Below, piece by piece: positions 1 through 10,381 of a DNA stretch of 64,000 bases. The stretch lies in assembly GCA_900617105.1 (NCBI GenBank), contig UYFQ01000001.1:1798001-1862000 (forward strand), in the 5' to 3' direction. A model generated the notes under the pieces. That model saw only the letters and a program-made list of their open reading frames with translations. It searched no databases and had not been told where the DNA came from. Each line of letters opens with the position of its first letter. The first letter of the stretch is position 1. The position numbers and the translations under genes are program-made. The DNA comes from Hydrurus foetidus (taxonomy: Eukaryota).

Positions 1-89
1 TGGTTACTCATTCTGAAGCTGCAGCCGCCCGGGCTGACCGCGTGCTGCATTTAAGCAGCGATGGTATTCATGATGGCGCCAGCAGCTAG
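1..89 (+). CDS. 3' end of LolD/AttE-like ABC transporter ATP-binding protein (partial)
   Basis: Frame from nt 3 reads VTHSEAAAARADRVLHLSSDGIHDGASS* (ABC H-loop VTH...ADRV), stop TAG 87-89, directly upstream of an FtsX-type permease. Confidence 0.75.
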   Translation, partial: VTHSEAAAARADRVLHLSSDGIHDGASS

Positions 90-2757
90 CCAACGGGTCA
101 AGCCTGCCGCGTTGCTTGGCCAACTGCTGCGGCAGCTGTCATGGCGTGAGCTGCTCCACCACCCGTGGCGCAACGCGGCAGCAGCTGTTGCCGTGATGCT
201 GGGCGTGGCGTTGGCGTTTTCTACGCATTTGATCAATGCGTCAGCGCTGAGTGAATTTTCAAGCGCTACCCGCGCCATCAATGGCCAAAGCGATCTTGAA
301 CTCCGCGCGGTGCGCAGCACTTTCGATGAAGCTTTTTTTGAGCGTGTGGCCAATTTACCGGGCGTATTGGTCGCCAGTCCCGTGCTCGAATTGTCCAGCA
401 CCGCTATCACTGCAGGCGGTAAGCGTGTGGCGCTGCGCATTGTGGGTGTCGATGCTTTGGTGGTCGCGCAAATTGCCCCCAGCCTGATGCCCGTGCCGGC
501 CAAGCAAACTGACGGCAACCGCTTTGCCTTGTTTGCCCCGGGTACGGTATTTTTAAACCCGGCTGCCAGAGCCGCCTTGGGCATTGATTCAGGCAGCGAA
601 AAATTCAAGCTGCAAAGCGGGCTGCAATTGATAGACGTGACTGCTGCAGGCAGCGTGGCGGCGGGCGGCGGTGCGCTGGCGGTGATGGACATTGGCGCCG
701 CGCAAGAGCTGTTTGACAAGCGCGGGCAGCTTTCGCGCATTGACCTTCGTTTTGACCCAGGCGCCGACCGTGCGGCGTTGATGAAAACGCTTAACTTGCC
801 GACAGACATTACCGCTGCCGAGCCGCAAGACGCGGCCGAGCGGGTCAGCAACCTGTCACGGGCTTACCGCGTTAACTTGACCGTGCTGGCGCTAGTGGCA
901 CTTTTTACGGGCGCTTTTTTGGTGTTTTCAGTGTTGTCGCTGAGTGTCACCAAACGTGCGCAGCAGTTTGCGCTGCTGGGTGTACTGGGCTTGACTGGGC
1001 GTGAGCGGCTGGCGCTGGTGATGGCCGAATCAGCCTTGCTCGGCGTGGTGGGCAGCGCTCTGGGTGTGGTGCTGGGCACCGCACTGGCTGCGCTGGCCCT
1101 GCGGGTGCTGGGCGGCGACTTGGGCGGTGGCTATTTTGCGGGCGTGGCGCCTACGCTTCAATTTAGCGCAGGCGCGGCGCTGGCGTATGGTGCGTTAGGT
1201 GTGGCAGCAGCTTGCGTGGGTGGCTGGTGGCCAGCACGGGCTGCGCAAAAGCTGGCCCCCGCCCAAACACTCAAAGGTTTGGGCGCCGCCACCAGTCAAA
1301 GCAAAGGCCATTGGCTCAGCTTTACGCTTATCGCCACGGGTAGCTTGCTGGCCTATGCGCCGCCCATAGCGGGCGTGCCACTGGCCGCGTACGTGTCGGT
1401 GGCGCTGCTGCTGGTCGGCGGCATTACCGCGCTGCCGTATTTGATTGCTTTGCTGTACGACCGCGCCAGCCCCTATGTTGCGCACGCGCTGCTGCCCATG
1501 CTGGCCGTGGAGCGGGCCCGGCGCGTGCGGGAGAGCGCAGCGGTAGCCGTGAGCGGTGTGGTGGCTTCGCTGAGTTTGGCAGTGGCGCTGACGGTCATGG
1601 TCGCCAGCTTTCGCACATCGGTCACGCAGTGGCTGGACGTGATTTTGCCCGCGGACCTGTATGCGCGTACTGCGTCAGCCTCTACCACCGGCGGCGCTGG
1701 TGAGGCGATTTTTCTGACGCCCGAATTCGTTGCGGCGGTTACTGCTGTGCCGGGCATTGAACGTGTCAGTACGCTGCGCACAACCCAAGTGCTGCTCGAC
1801 CCCAAGGCACCCGCCGTGGCGCTGATTGCACGCGACATAGGCGAGCCTGCCAAAACTTTCCCGATGGTGGGCGACGCACTGCCCGTGCCAGCAGGCTACA
1901 TCGGCATTTATGTGAGCGAGGCGATGGTAGATTTATATGGCGCGCGGCTAGGGGCTGTTTTTGTGCCTTTTTCAAAGCCTTTTAGTGCTGTAGCCTACGA
2001 AATACGGGCGCGAGCAGCTCCTGAAGATGTAGCAAACAAAAGTGCGGCGTCAAACGCTGCTTCAACCAGCGCAGCGCCGCAATTCTTTGTGGCCGGTATC
2101 TGGCGCGACTACTCGCGTCAGTTCGGCGCAGTGGCGATGGCCAGCGCCGACTTTGTTCAACTGACGGGCGACAACCGCATCAGCGACGTCGCCATTTGGC
2201 TCACTCCTGACGCAATAGCCGGCGCAAAAACCGGCGAAGTTGAAAGCGCGGTGCGCGCCGCCGCCGACAAGCAAGCCGGCGCTGGCTCGCTGATTGAGTT
2301 TGCATCGACCGCGCAAATACGCGCGATATCTTTGAAGATTTTTGACCGCAGCTTTGCCGTGACGTACTGGCTGCAAGGCGTAGCCATTGCGATTGGCCTG
2401 TTTGGTGTGGCGGCAAGTTTTAGCGCGCAAGTGTTGGCAAGGCGAAAAGAGTTTGGCTTGCTGGTGCATTTGGGGCTAACGCGCAGGCAGATTTTAGCGG
2501 TGGTGGCTGGAGAAGGCGCGGCGTGGACATTGATTGGCAGCGTGGCTGGCTTGGGGCTGGGTTTGGCGGTGTCGCTCGTGCTGGTGCACGTGGTGAACCC
2601 GCAAAGTTTTCACTGGACGATGGACCTGGTTTTGCCCTGGCTGCGTTTGACTGGCCTGTGCGCCCTGGTGGTGGCGGCGGGTACGTTCACGGCTTGGGTA
2701 TCGGGCCGCGCGGCGGCAAGCAAAGATGCCGTGCTGGCAGTCAAAGAAGACTGGTAG
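70..2757 (+). CDS. FtsX-like/MacB-type ABC permease (AttF/G-like), duplicated permease domains
   Basis: ORF of ~900 aa with two TM clusters, two periplasmic domains and repeated R..(Q/E)F.LL..LG.T motifs; start uncertain (61/70/73). Confidence 0.85.
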   Translation: MMAPAASQRVKPAALLGQLLRQLSWRELLHHPWRNAAAAVAVMLGVALAFSTHLINASALSEFSSATRAINGQSDLELRAVRSTFDEAFFERVANLPGVLVASPVLELSSTAITAGGKRVALRIVGVDALVVAQIAPSLMPVPAKQTDGNRFALFAPGTVFLNPAARAALGIDSGSEKFKLQSGLQLIDVTAAGSVAAGGGALAVMDIGAAQELFDKRGQLSRIDLRFDPGADRAALMKTLNLPTDITAAEPQDAAERVSNLSRAYRVNLTVLALVALFTGAFLVFSVLSLSVTKRAQQFALLGVLGLTGRERLALVMAESALLGVVGSALGVVLGTALAALALRVLGGDLGGGYFAGVAPTLQFSAGAALAYGALGVAAACVGGWWPARAAQKLAPAQTLKGLGAATSQSKGHWLSFTLIATGSLLAYAPPIAGVPLAAYVSVALLLVGGITALPYLIALLYDRASPYVAHALLPMLAVERARRVRESAAVAVSGVVASLSLAVALTVMVASFRTSVTQWLDVILPADLYARTASASTTGGAGEAIFLTPEFVAAVTAVPGIERVSTLRTTQVLLDPKAPAVALIARDIGEPAKTFPMVGDALPVPAGYIGIYVSEAMVDLYGARLGAVFVPFSKPFSAVAYEIRARAAPEDVANKSAASNAASTSAAPQFFVAGIWRDYSRQFGAVAMASADFVQLTGDNRISDVAIWLTPDAIAGAKTGEVESAVRAAADKQAGAGSLIEFASTAQIRAISLKIFDRSFAVTYWLQGVAIAIGLFGVAASFSAQVLARRKEFGLLVHLGLTRRQILAVVAGEGAAWTLIGSVAGLGLGLAVSLVLVHVVNPQSFHWTMDLVLPWLRLTGLCALVVAAGTFTAWVSGRAAASKDAVLAVKEDW
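1993..2033 (-). repeat. 41-bp-core dispersed repeat, copy 1 (in frame inside ABC permease)
   Basis: Reverse complement GCT-ACATCTTCAGG-AGC-TGCTCGC-GCC-CGTATTTCGTA-GGC. Confidence 0.9.
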
Positions 2758-2976
2758 CCAGAGATCGATAAAAAGTAAAGGCAGCTGCTAGAACCTTCGC
2801 CCTAACCCGCTATAGAACGGGCTACATCAGCTTTCATTTGCTCACCAATGTCATGGCTTTGACTCGCCAGCTTCATCAATACAGCGCATTCGCGGCCTAA
2901 CATGAATAGTCCATTACCAAGGAGGACTTCATCATGTCAATAGCTTACTGATCACCCGCCTGGCCACACGGTTCCC

Positions 2977-3177
2977 GTGTACCGCATTGAAAGCCGCGAC
3001 CCGCTGCTGGGCCACCTGCTCCCCACTGAGCACCGCAAAACACTTTTCGGTAACTGTTCACTCGCCGTGGCGATTGCCGTTAAAAGCGTAGAGGACCCCA
3101 CGCGACAACAAGTGCGCGTGGTGCATGTGCCCAGCGGCGAAATCGTTTTTGAGACCCAGCCCGCGCCGTTGTTGTGA
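2977..3177 (+). CDS. small hypothetical protein (5' end possibly disrupted)
   Basis: 66-aa ORF with host-like codon usage; strong RBS GGAGG at 2921 precedes an ATG at 2934 that is out of frame. Confidence 0.45.
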   Translation: MYRIESRDPLLGHLLPTEHRKTLFGNCSLAVAIAVKSVEDPTRQQVRVVHVPSGEIVFETQPAPLL

Positions 3178-3261
3178 CGCCTAAATCGAGGAATACAGCC
3201 TGAAATTGGTATAAAAACCTGCAGCAACTGGCTTGGCTTGGGGTAGCTGCGAGAATCAGGC

Positions 3262-4350
3262 ATGACCCATGAGCAAATTGACAAAGCCCAACAAGACGCG
3301 TGGCTGAATGCCGCCATTGCCAAAGTTGAGGCTGACTACCACCGCAGCGCCGACACGCACTTAATTGCACTGCCGTTGCCCGCGTTTGCCGCGCGCGGCA
3401 TTGATTTTTATCTTAAAGACGAGTCCACCCACCCTACCGGCAGCTTGAAGCACCGCTTGGCGCGTTCGCTTTTTTTGTACGCGCTCTGCAATGGTTTGAT
3501 TCATTGCACATCCACCATTGTTGAAGCATCCAGCGGCTCAACCGCTGTCAGTGAAGCGTATTTCGCAAGGCTGCTGGGCTTGCCTTTTATTGCGGTGATG
3601 CCGCGCAGCACGTCGTTAGAGAAGATCGCACAAATCGAGCTGTATGGCGGGCGCTGCCACCTGGTTGACGGGGCCGCTTTGGTGTACGACGCTGCAAAGA
3701 GCATTGCTGCGCAAACTGGCGGGCACTACATGGACCAGTTCACCTATGCCGAGCGCGCCACCGACTGGCGCGGCAACAACAATATCGCCGAAAGCATGTT
3801 CAGCCAAATGCAGCGCGAACGCTACGCTTTGCCGCGCTGGATCGTGGTGGGCGCAGGCACGGGCGGCACCAGCGCAACCGTAGGCCGCTACATCAGGTAC
3901 CAACGACACCACGGCCCGCACTGCATGCTGGCTGTGGCAGACCCGACTGGCTCGGTATTTAGCGAGTACCACCGAACGGGCGACACGGCATTGACTGGCG
4001 CAGGCTCTCGCATTGAGGGCATTGGCAGGCCGCGCGTAGAAGCCAGCTTTGTTCGCACCGTGATTGACCGCATGGTTGAAGTGGAAAACGCTGACTCGGT
4101 TGCCGCCATGCAAGCCCTTACCGATGTACTGGGGCGGCGCGTGGGGCCGTCAACTGGCACCAACTTTTATGCCATGCTGACGCTGGCCCATGAAATGCTG
4201 GCGCGCGGCGAGCAGGGCTCAATTTTGTCGCTGCTGTGCGACTCTGGCGAGCGCTATTTGGCCAACTACCATGACGACACTTGGGTGGCCAGCCATGTTG
4301 GCTGCTGCCAGGCAGCGCAGCAACGTATCGCGCAGCTAATGCAAGTATGA
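3262..4350 (+). CDS. cds1: PLP-dependent cysteine synthase family protein, Cds1-type L-cysteine desulfhydrase
   Basis: [14 protein letters not shown] (PLP lysine), EASSGST, GAGTGGT, IEGIGRP motifs. Confidence 0.75.
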   Translation: MTHEQIDKAQQDAWLNAAIAKVEADYHRSADTHLIALPLPAFAARGIDFYLKDESTHPTGSLKHRLARSLFLYALCNGLIHCTSTIVEASSGSTAVSEAYFARLLGLPFIAVMPRSTSLEKIAQIELYGGRCHLVDGAALVYDAAKSIAAQTGGHYMDQFTYAERATDWRGNNNIAESMFSQMQRERYALPRWIVVGAGTGGTSATVGRYIRYQRHHGPHCMLAVADPTGSVFSEYHRTGDTALTGAGSRIEGIGRPRVEASFVRTVIDRMVEVENADSVAAMQALTDVLGRRVGPSTGTNFYAMLTLAHEMLARGEQGSILSLLCDSGERYLANYHDDTWVASHVGCCQAAQQRIAQLMQV

Positions 4351-5420
4351 CCCCACGCATCAATTCCATTCGGCGCGCCCTGCTGCTAAGCGGTGCGGCG
4401 GCGTTAGCGCCTTGGCCCAACGCAGCCAGCGCCCTGACGGCTAAAAAGCTGGCGTTTCCGCGTGACCGGGGCGCGCACCCGGACTTCAACACGGAGTGGT
4501 GGTACATCACCGGCAGCGTGGCGGCGGGGGCGCGGCAGTTTGGCTTTCAGCTGACGTTTTTTCGATCACGCGTTGCCAGCACACAAAATCTGACGTCGAA
4601 GTTTGCGGCCAAGCAACTCATGTTTGCGCATGCCGCCGTCACTGATGTAGAGGGCAAAAAATTGCACCACGACCAACGCATTGCGCGCGCCGGTTTTGGC
4701 GTGGCTGTTGCCAGCGAGCAAGACATGGCGCTCAAGCTGCGCGATTGGTCCTTGCGGGCGAAGGGTAAAAACTACGCGGCTGAAATCAATGCGCAAGACT
4801 TTGGCTTGCAACTGGAATTGAACGAAACCCAAAACGTATTGCTGCAAGGCACGCAGGGCTTGTCGCGCAAAGGCCCCCTGCCTGCCCAGGCCAGCTATTA
4901 CTACAGCCAGCCGCAGCTGGCAGTCAGCGGCAACTTGCGCCTCAACGGCCGCACCTTTGACATCACCGGCACTGCGTGGCTAGACCACGAGTGGAGCCAA
5001 TCTATTTTGGCGCCCGGCGTCGTTGGCTGGGACTGGATTGGTATGAACCTGCTGGACGGCAGCGCGCTGACTGCTTTCCGGCTGCGCAGCAAAGAGGGCG
5101 AGGCAGTGTGGGACGGCGGATCGTTCAGATCGCCCACCAACAGCTTGTACGTTTTTAGCAAAGGTGAGGTGATCTTCAAGCCCACGCGCCAATGGAAAAG
5201 CCCCCTCACGCAAATCACGTATCCCGTCGAATGGATAGTGCGCACACCCGCTGACTTTTACACCGTCAAAGCGGTTATCGACAACCAGGAACTCGACAGC
5301 CGACAGTCGACAGGGTCGATTTATTGGGAAGGGCTGAGCGAGCTTTTCAACAGCAACGGCGCGAAAGTAGGCACCGGCTACCTGGAGATGACTGGCTATG
5401 GACAGCCGTTGCGAATGTAA
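4347..5420 (+). CDS. AttH/CrtC-like lipocalin-domain secreted protein with Tat signal
   Basis: ATG 4347 overlaps the cds1 stop; IRRALLL...AASA twin-arginine signal; [29 protein letters not shown] motifs. Confidence 0.85.
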   Translation: MTPRINSIRRALLLSGAAALAPWPNAASALTAKKLAFPRDRGAHPDFNTEWWYITGSVAAGARQFGFQLTFFRSRVASTQNLTSKFAAKQLMFAHAAVTDVEGKKLHHDQRIARAGFGVAVASEQDMALKLRDWSLRAKGKNYAAEINAQDFGLQLELNETQNVLLQGTQGLSRKGPLPAQASYYYSQPQLAVSGNLRLNGRTFDITGTAWLDHEWSQSILAPGVVGWDWIGMNLLDGSALTAFRLRSKEGEAVWDGGSFRSPTNSLYVFSKGEVIFKPTRQWKSPLTQITYPVEWIVRTPADFYTVKAVIDNQELDSRQSTGSIYWEGLSELFNSNGAKVGTGYLEMTGYGQPLRM

Positions 5421-5484
5421 AGCCGTGCCGCCTGCTTGGCAGTGCGGGCCAAGCTGAGGGAGCACGCGTGACAGGACAAAAATT

Positions 5485-5525
5485 GCTATTGATAAAGAAG
5501 CTTCTTGCGCCCGAATTTATTGGGC
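5485..5525 (+). repeat. 41-bp-core dispersed repeat, copy 2 (intergenic)
   Basis: GCT-ATTGATAAAGA-AGC-TTCTTGC-GCC-CGAATTTATTG-GGC then TACAG. Confidence 0.92.
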
Positions 5526-5630
5526 TACAGGCACTTTTTATTCTCAAAAAACGCGAAACCCGGCCTGTGTAGCGCTTACCAAGGCGCTTAAATTGATAGA
5601 AATATCAGACGTCAACTCCTGCGATGCCCA

Positions 5631-7025
5631 CTACGTTTGAAGCCAAAGCACCCGCATCGCCGCTGCGAAATCACCTGCCAAGCCCTGCCAGTTTTCAACT
5701 CGGCCGGCTTGAACCACCTGCTTGCCCGCAACGTACACCTCGCTTGGCCGGGCATCGGGGCTGGAGAAAATCATGGCGTCGAGCAAGTACTCACTGGGCA
5801 CACCCAGCAGCGCGGGAGACGTGGTGTCAATGACTGAAAAATCTGCCCGGTTGCCTGCTGACAAGCCTTGCAGGCGCTGACCGCAAGCGGAAGAGCCGCC
5901 TGCCAGAACTGCGTTAAACAGTGCAGCCGCAGTCGATGAATCAGCAGACGATGCAGCCATTACGTTGCGTTGTCGCAGGGCCAGCCGCTGAGAATATTCA
6001 AGCAGGCGCAGCTCTTCTTGCCAGCTTCTAGTAACGTGGCTGTCTGAGCCTATCGACAAGTCGCCTTGCAGGCGGGCGTAGGTTGGCAAGTCAAAAACGC
6101 CGTCGCCCAAATTGGCTTCAGTCGTTGGGCAAAGCACGATGGATGCGCCGCTGGATTTGACGCCTTGCAGCTCTGCTGGTGTGGCGTGGGTAGCGTGTAC
6201 CAGGCTCCAGCTGGCGTTTAGGCCCGCGTGGTTTAACAGCCATTCAACCGGCCGCTGGCCTTTAGCGCTTATGCAATCGGCCACTTCGCCCGTTTGCTCT
6301 GCCACGTGGATGTGAATGGGCATGTGCCGCGCTTCGGCGTTGGCGGCAGCTTCTTGCAATGCGCCCTGCGCTACGGCACGCAGGGAATGCAACGCCAAAC
6401 CCGTGTTGACCAGCGTGCTGCCAAATTGCCTTTGTATGCCTTCGCAGGTTCTGAAAATTGAATCGGGCGTTGATGCAAAGCGTTGTTGGTCATCACGTAA
6501 GCCCGTTGCAGCAAACCCCGAGCGCATGTACAGCGTGGGCAACAGCGTGATGCCGATGCCCACGCGCTGGGCGGCGCGCACCAGCGCAGATGACATCTCT
6601 AGCGGGTTGGAGTAGGCCTTGCCCTGCAGGTCATTGTGCAAATAATGAAACTCGCACACCTGCGTGTAGCCTGCCTGCAAAAGCTCGGCATACAGCAGCG
6701 CGGCAATGGCTTCAAGCTGCTCGGGGGTGATCCGTTGGGCGGCGCTGTACATGCGGTCACGCCAAGTCCAGAAGTTGTCATGGCCGCCGCTTCCTCGCTC
6801 CGTCATGCCGACGATGGCACGTTGAAAAGCGTGGCTGTGCGCGTTGACCAAGCCGGGTAGCACTGGCCCACTTAGCAGGGTTACACCGCTTTGCTGGTCA
6901 ACGCTTGCATTGGCTTGAATGCTTGCCCACCTGCCGTCTTTGGCGACGCGCATCAATACGTCGTTTGCCCATGCGCCATTAACCCATGCCTGGGGTGCAA
7001 AGTAACGCTTGAACTCGTCAAGCAT
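5631..7025 (-). CDS. hutF: formimidoylglutamate deiminase
   Basis: NAHSHAFQRA, VCEFHYLH, HIHVAEQ, EANLGDG, GSDSH amidohydrolase motifs; start ATG 7025 overlapping hutG. Confidence 0.93.
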   Translation of the reverse strand: MLDEFKRYFAPQAWVNGAWANDVLMRVAKDGRWASIQANASVDQQSGVTLLSGPVLPGLVNAHSHAFQRAIVGMTERGSGGHDNFWTWRDRMYSAAQRITPEQLEAIAALLYAELLQAGYTQVCEFHYLHNDLQGKAYSNPLEMSSALVRAAQRVGIGITLLPTLYMRSGFAATGLRDDQQRFASTPDSIFRTCEGIQRQFGSTLVNTGLALHSLRAVAQGALQEAAANAEARHMPIHIHVAEQTGEVADCISAKGQRPVEWLLNHAGLNASWSLVHATHATPAELQGVKSSGASIVLCPTTEANLGDGVFDLPTYARLQGDLSIGSDSHVTRSWQEELRLLEYSQRLALRQRNVMAASSADSSTAAALFNAVLAGGSSACGQRLQGLSAGNRADFSVIDTTSPALLGVPSEYLLDAMIFSSPDARPSEVYVAGKQVVQAGRVENWQGLAGDFAAAMRVLWLQT

Positions 7026-7806
7026 AAAGCGCCTTGGCTGCTTGCAAGCTGGCTTGCACCATGCGTTTGAGTGTCGGCTGAAGCTGAAAAGCCAGCGCTT
7101 CGTTGTAGGAAAACGGAGGCGTTTCTTGCATGTACAGACTCTGACATTTTTCAAGCTGAATGGCGTGGATGTGCTGAGCTGGCTGGCCGTAATGCCGCGT
7201 GATGTAACCACCTTTGAAGCGGCCATTGACCACGTGGGTGAAGGCTTCTACCTGGCTGGCAGCAGCATTGGAAATGTCAATTGCCGACGCTTCACCACTG
7301 GCCGTGCCGATGTTCAAATCAGGCAGCTTGCCTTCAAACAACCAAGGGATATGGGAACGAATGCTGTGGGCGTCCCACAGTAGCGCAAAACCATGCACGG
7401 CCTTGATGCGTGCCAGCTCACTTGCCAATGCATCTTGGTAAGGCTGCCAGTAGGTACTTCGGCGGCGTTGAACCTCTGTTGGCGAGGGCTCATGGCCCGG
7501 CTGGTAAAGCGCATCACCGCTGAAAAAATGCGTGGGGCAAAGCTCGGTGTTGGCCGCGCCGGGGTACATGAGCGCGTCGTCTGGCGGGCGATTCAAATCA
7601 ATCACATAACGGGAATAGCGTGGCTGCAGAACACTCACGCCAATCGCAGGCAAAAAATCATAAAGCCGGGCCAAGTGCCAGTCGGTGTCTTCCACATTCA
7701 GAGCTCGGGCGAAGTAGTTACTTTGCAAATCAAGTGGAATCTCCGTGCCGATGTGCGGCATGCTGACCAACATGGGAACGCTGCCCCGCTGCAAGGTGAA
7801 CGTCAT
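7018..7806 (-). CDS. hutG: N-formylglutamate deformylase
   Basis: [46 protein letters not shown]. Confidence 0.92.
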   Translation of the reverse strand: MTFTLQRGSVPMLVSMPHIGTEIPLDLQSNYFARALNVEDTDWHLARLYDFLPAIGVSVLQPRYSRYVIDLNRPPDDALMYPGAANTELCPTHFFSGDALYQPGHEPSPTEVQRRRSTYWQPYQDALASELARIKAVHGFALLWDAHSIRSHIPWLFEGKLPDLNIGTASGEASAIDISNAAASQVEAFTHVVNGRFKGGYITRHYGQPAQHIHAIQLEKCQSLYMQETPPFSYNEALAFQLQPTLKRMVQASLQAAKALYA

Positions 7807-9023
7807 AAAACAAGCCCGTTAAACACTGTTTGCAGGCGCGGGCAGCTTCCAAAAGCATAGCTAAGTTCGGCGGGCGACTGCACATCCCACAATACAAAAT
7901 CGGCCCGCATGCCGGCTGCCAGTACACCGCGATCTTTTAAACCCAACGCACGGGCGGCGTTGCGGGTGACGCCTGCCAACGCTTCTTCAGGCGTTAGCCT
8001 GAACAACGTGCAGGCCATATTGAGCATCAGCAGCAGCGACGTGCAGGGCGAGCTGCCCGGGTTGCAGTCGGTTGAAATGGCTATCGGCACCCCTGCGCTT
8101 CTGAGCTGCGCAATCGGCGGCAATTTTGTTTCACGTAAAAAGTAAAACGCACCGGGCAGCAGCACGGCCGTGGTGCTCGCTTGCGCCATGGCCTGCACAC
8201 CCGCATCGCTGAGCCATTCAAGGTGGTCACAGCTGACTGCGTTGTAGCGAGCAGCCAGTTGCGCACCACCGCTGTCACTTAGCTGCTCGGCGTGCAGCTT
8301 GATAGGCAAGCCCAACGACTTGGCCTCTTTAAACACCCTTTCAGTTTGCGCCAAATCAAAGCCAATCCGCTCACAAAACGCGTCGACTGCATCGACCAGC
8401 CCCTCAGCGTGCAGTAATGGCAGCATACGCAAAACTTCATCGGTATACGCATCGGCACGGCCTGCAAATTCAGGCGGCACCGAATGCGCGCCCAAAAAAG
8501 TGGTTCTTACAGATACCGGGTTTGCATCACCCAAGGCTCTGGCTACCCGCAGCGACTTTCGCTCGTGCTCCAGCATCAAGCCGTAGCCGGATTTAATTTC
8601 AATCGTGGTCACGCCTTCAGCCAGCAATGCCCTCAAACGCGGCGCGCTCTGTTCAAACAGCTCAACCTGGCTTGCGGCACGTGTGGCCGCAACGGTAGCT
8701 GCAATACCGCCGCCCGCTTTGGCAATGTCTTCATAACTCGCACCGTTCAAGCGCTGCTCGAACTCACCTGCCCGGTTGCCGCCATGCACCAGGTGCGTGT
8801 GGCAATCAATTAACCCCGGCGTGATGAGCGCGCCTTTTGCGTCATGTGTTTGCGTGCAGCGGGCCAACAAATCGGCAGGCATTGCGCTGCGCGGGCCCAC
8901 CCACTGAAGCACGCCTTCGCTTGCAATCAGCGCAGCGTCTTCAATCAATCCGTAGAGGTTTGCAGCACCGGCTTGCATAGTGGCTACTTTGCAATTTAAC
9001 CAAGCCGCGCATTGCGAATTCAT
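7803..9023 (-). CDS. hutI: imidazolonepropionase
   Basis: [40 protein letters not shown]. Confidence 0.95.
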   Translation of the reverse strand: MNSQCAAWLNCKVATMQAGAANLYGLIEDAALIASEGVLQWVGPRSAMPADLLARCTQTHDAKGALITPGLIDCHTHLVHGGNRAGEFEQRLNGASYEDIAKAGGGIAATVAATRAASQVELFEQSAPRLRALLAEGVTTIEIKSGYGLMLEHERKSLRVARALGDANPVSVRTTFLGAHSVPPEFAGRADAYTDEVLRMLPLLHAEGLVDAVDAFCERIGFDLAQTERVFKEAKSLGLPIKLHAEQLSDSGGAQLAARYNAVSCDHLEWLSDAGVQAMAQASTTAVLLPGAFYFLRETKLPPIAQLRSAGVPIAISTDCNPGSSPCTSLLLMLNMACTLFRLTPEEALAGVTRNAARALGLKDRGVLAAGMRADFVLWDVQSPAELSYAFGSCPRLQTVFNGLVL

Positions 9024-9589
9024 ACCGTGACTTCCATCAACAGCGCATCACGCGTCTGCATGCGAACAGCGGTGTTTGCGTCTACCGTCGCCCAGCCAAA
9101 TGAATGCGGGGAAAGCTCATGAATTTCACTGCCTATTTGAACTGTAGCCCTCTTTCTATGGGCGTAAGCAGCTATGACTACAGGAGCATTGACCGTCACT
9201 TCAACCTTATCAGTGACCCGCTGCATGCGGGCAGCTGCACCGCCCCGTACCATCAAATTAAAGTCTTGCGTTGCTCCGCCCAGCAGCTCGCAGGAGGTTG
9301 TTAAATCGCCATCAAACGCAAGTGGCGGGTCGCTTTTGCTCAGCATGTGTATGTAGCCGTTGACCGTTAAACACACGTCATCACCATCAAGCACCGCAAA
9401 CCAGCGCTGCGTACCCACAAAGCTTGAAAATGGGCCCGACTCTGCAACTTCAGCCACTGACGCTCGCCAGGTCCACGCTTGGGCGCTGGGCCACGCCAGT
9501 AATTCACGCGTTTTCCCGCCACCGTTACGCCACGGGGCGGGTTTGATGTCGCGCAGTTGAATAACCTGCCATGCCATTTTCGGAATCAT
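9020..9589 (-). CDS. hutD: HutD/Ves family protein
   Basis: [11 protein letters not shown] and GPFSSF..G motifs, DFNLM; ATG 9589 overlaps hutC stop (alternative start 9577). Confidence 0.88.
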   Translation of the reverse strand: MIPKMAWQVIQLRDIKPAPWRNGGGKTRELLAWPSAQAWTWRASVAEVAESGPFSSFVGTQRWFAVLDGDDVCLTVNGYIHMLSKSDPPLAFDGDLTTSCELLGGATQDFNLMVRGGAAARMQRVTDKVEVTVNAPVVIAAYAHRKRATVQIGSEIHELSPHSFGWATVDANTAVRMQTRDALLMEVTV

Positions 9590-10293
9590 GCCTGAAACTG
9601 CCCCGCAAAGCTGTAGCGTGTGCCGGGGTAGACCAGCCGCGCGACGCTGGCCACATGCGCGCCGCTCACCGTGCGGCGGGTAATGGCCAAACAAGCCTCT
9701 GACGATTTGATGCCCAGCAACCTGGCTATGTCACGCCCCGGCAGGCAAGCCTCTATCTGATAGCTTGCGTCCGTCAGTGGCGCACGCGTGAGCAAGTGGT
9801 GTGCTGGGGTGAATTGGGTGAAGTCGGTTTGCAAAAAATCAGGCGCGGCCAGCGGGTTAACGTAACGGTCTTCATACTGAATGGGAATGCCGTTTTCTGA
9901 GTGCACCAGCACCGTATGAAACACCGTAACACCGGCACGCAGGCCCAGCGTTTTTGCCAGCAGCGCGGTGGCTTTCTCGGTTGCTACCAGCAGCACGCGG
10001 CTGGTGTGGGTGTGCCCCCTTTCAACTACCTCGTCCTTGATGTCACGAATCGTTAACCGAGAGGAAATTCGGTGCAGCTCGGCTACCCGCGTGCCAGAGC
10101 CCTGAATGCGCGTGACCATGCCCTCAGCGGCAAGCTCGCGAAGCGCGCGGTTCACCGTCATGCGGCTGATGCTGAACTGCGCCATCAGCGCGGCCTCACT
10201 CGGCACAGCATCGCCCGGCCTCCACACGCCAGAAGTAATGCGGGTTTTGATGAACGCCTTGACCTGCTCGTAGGCAAACAACTGAACTTTCAT
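9586..10293 (-). CDS. hutC: histidine utilisation repressor (GntR HTH + UTRA)
   Basis: PSEAAL...SRMTVNRALREL...QGSGT HTH, C-terminal UTRA domain, located in hut cluster. Confidence 0.93.
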   Translation of the reverse strand: MKVQLFAYEQVKAFIKTRITSGVWRPGDAVPSEAALMAQFSISRMTVNRALRELAAEGMVTRIQGSGTRVAELHRISSRLTIRDIKDEVVERGHTHTSRVLLVATEKATALLAKTLGLRAGVTVFHTVLVHSENGIPIQYEDRYVNPLAAPDFLQTDFTQFTPAHHLLTRAPLTDASYQIEACLPGRDIARLLGIKSSEACLAITRRTVSGAHVASVARLVYPGTRYSFAGQFQA

Positions 10294-10311
10294 AACCGTA
10301 GACTAACCCAG

Positions 10312-10340
10312 TTGACACAAGTTGTATAGACAACTATATT
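10312..10340 (+). promoter_or_regulatory. sigma70 promoter of hutUH with HutC operator in the spacer
   Basis: TTGACA (10312-17), 17 bp spacer, TATATT (10335-40); near-palindrome GTTGTATAGACAAC (10321-34) matches known HutC operators (TTGTA-N2-(T/G)ACAA). Confidence 0.85.
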
Positions 10341-10381
10341 TTACCTGTGCAGTAGTAATTGAAGTTAATTGGAGTTACGCC

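Noticed and set aside
51..851. 266-aa minus-strand ORF
   Set aside because: Antisense shadow of the permease, with no recognisable motifs.
2941..2951. Sec/Pyl readthrough at TAG 2941 or TGA 2949
   Set aside because: No SECIS-like evidence, no redox motif, and readthrough of the TGA does not enter the plausible frame.
5560..5602. Possible degenerate inverted repeat copy next to copy 2 (similar weak match at 2781-2826)
   Set aside because: Spacing does not fit the otherwise invariant skeleton.
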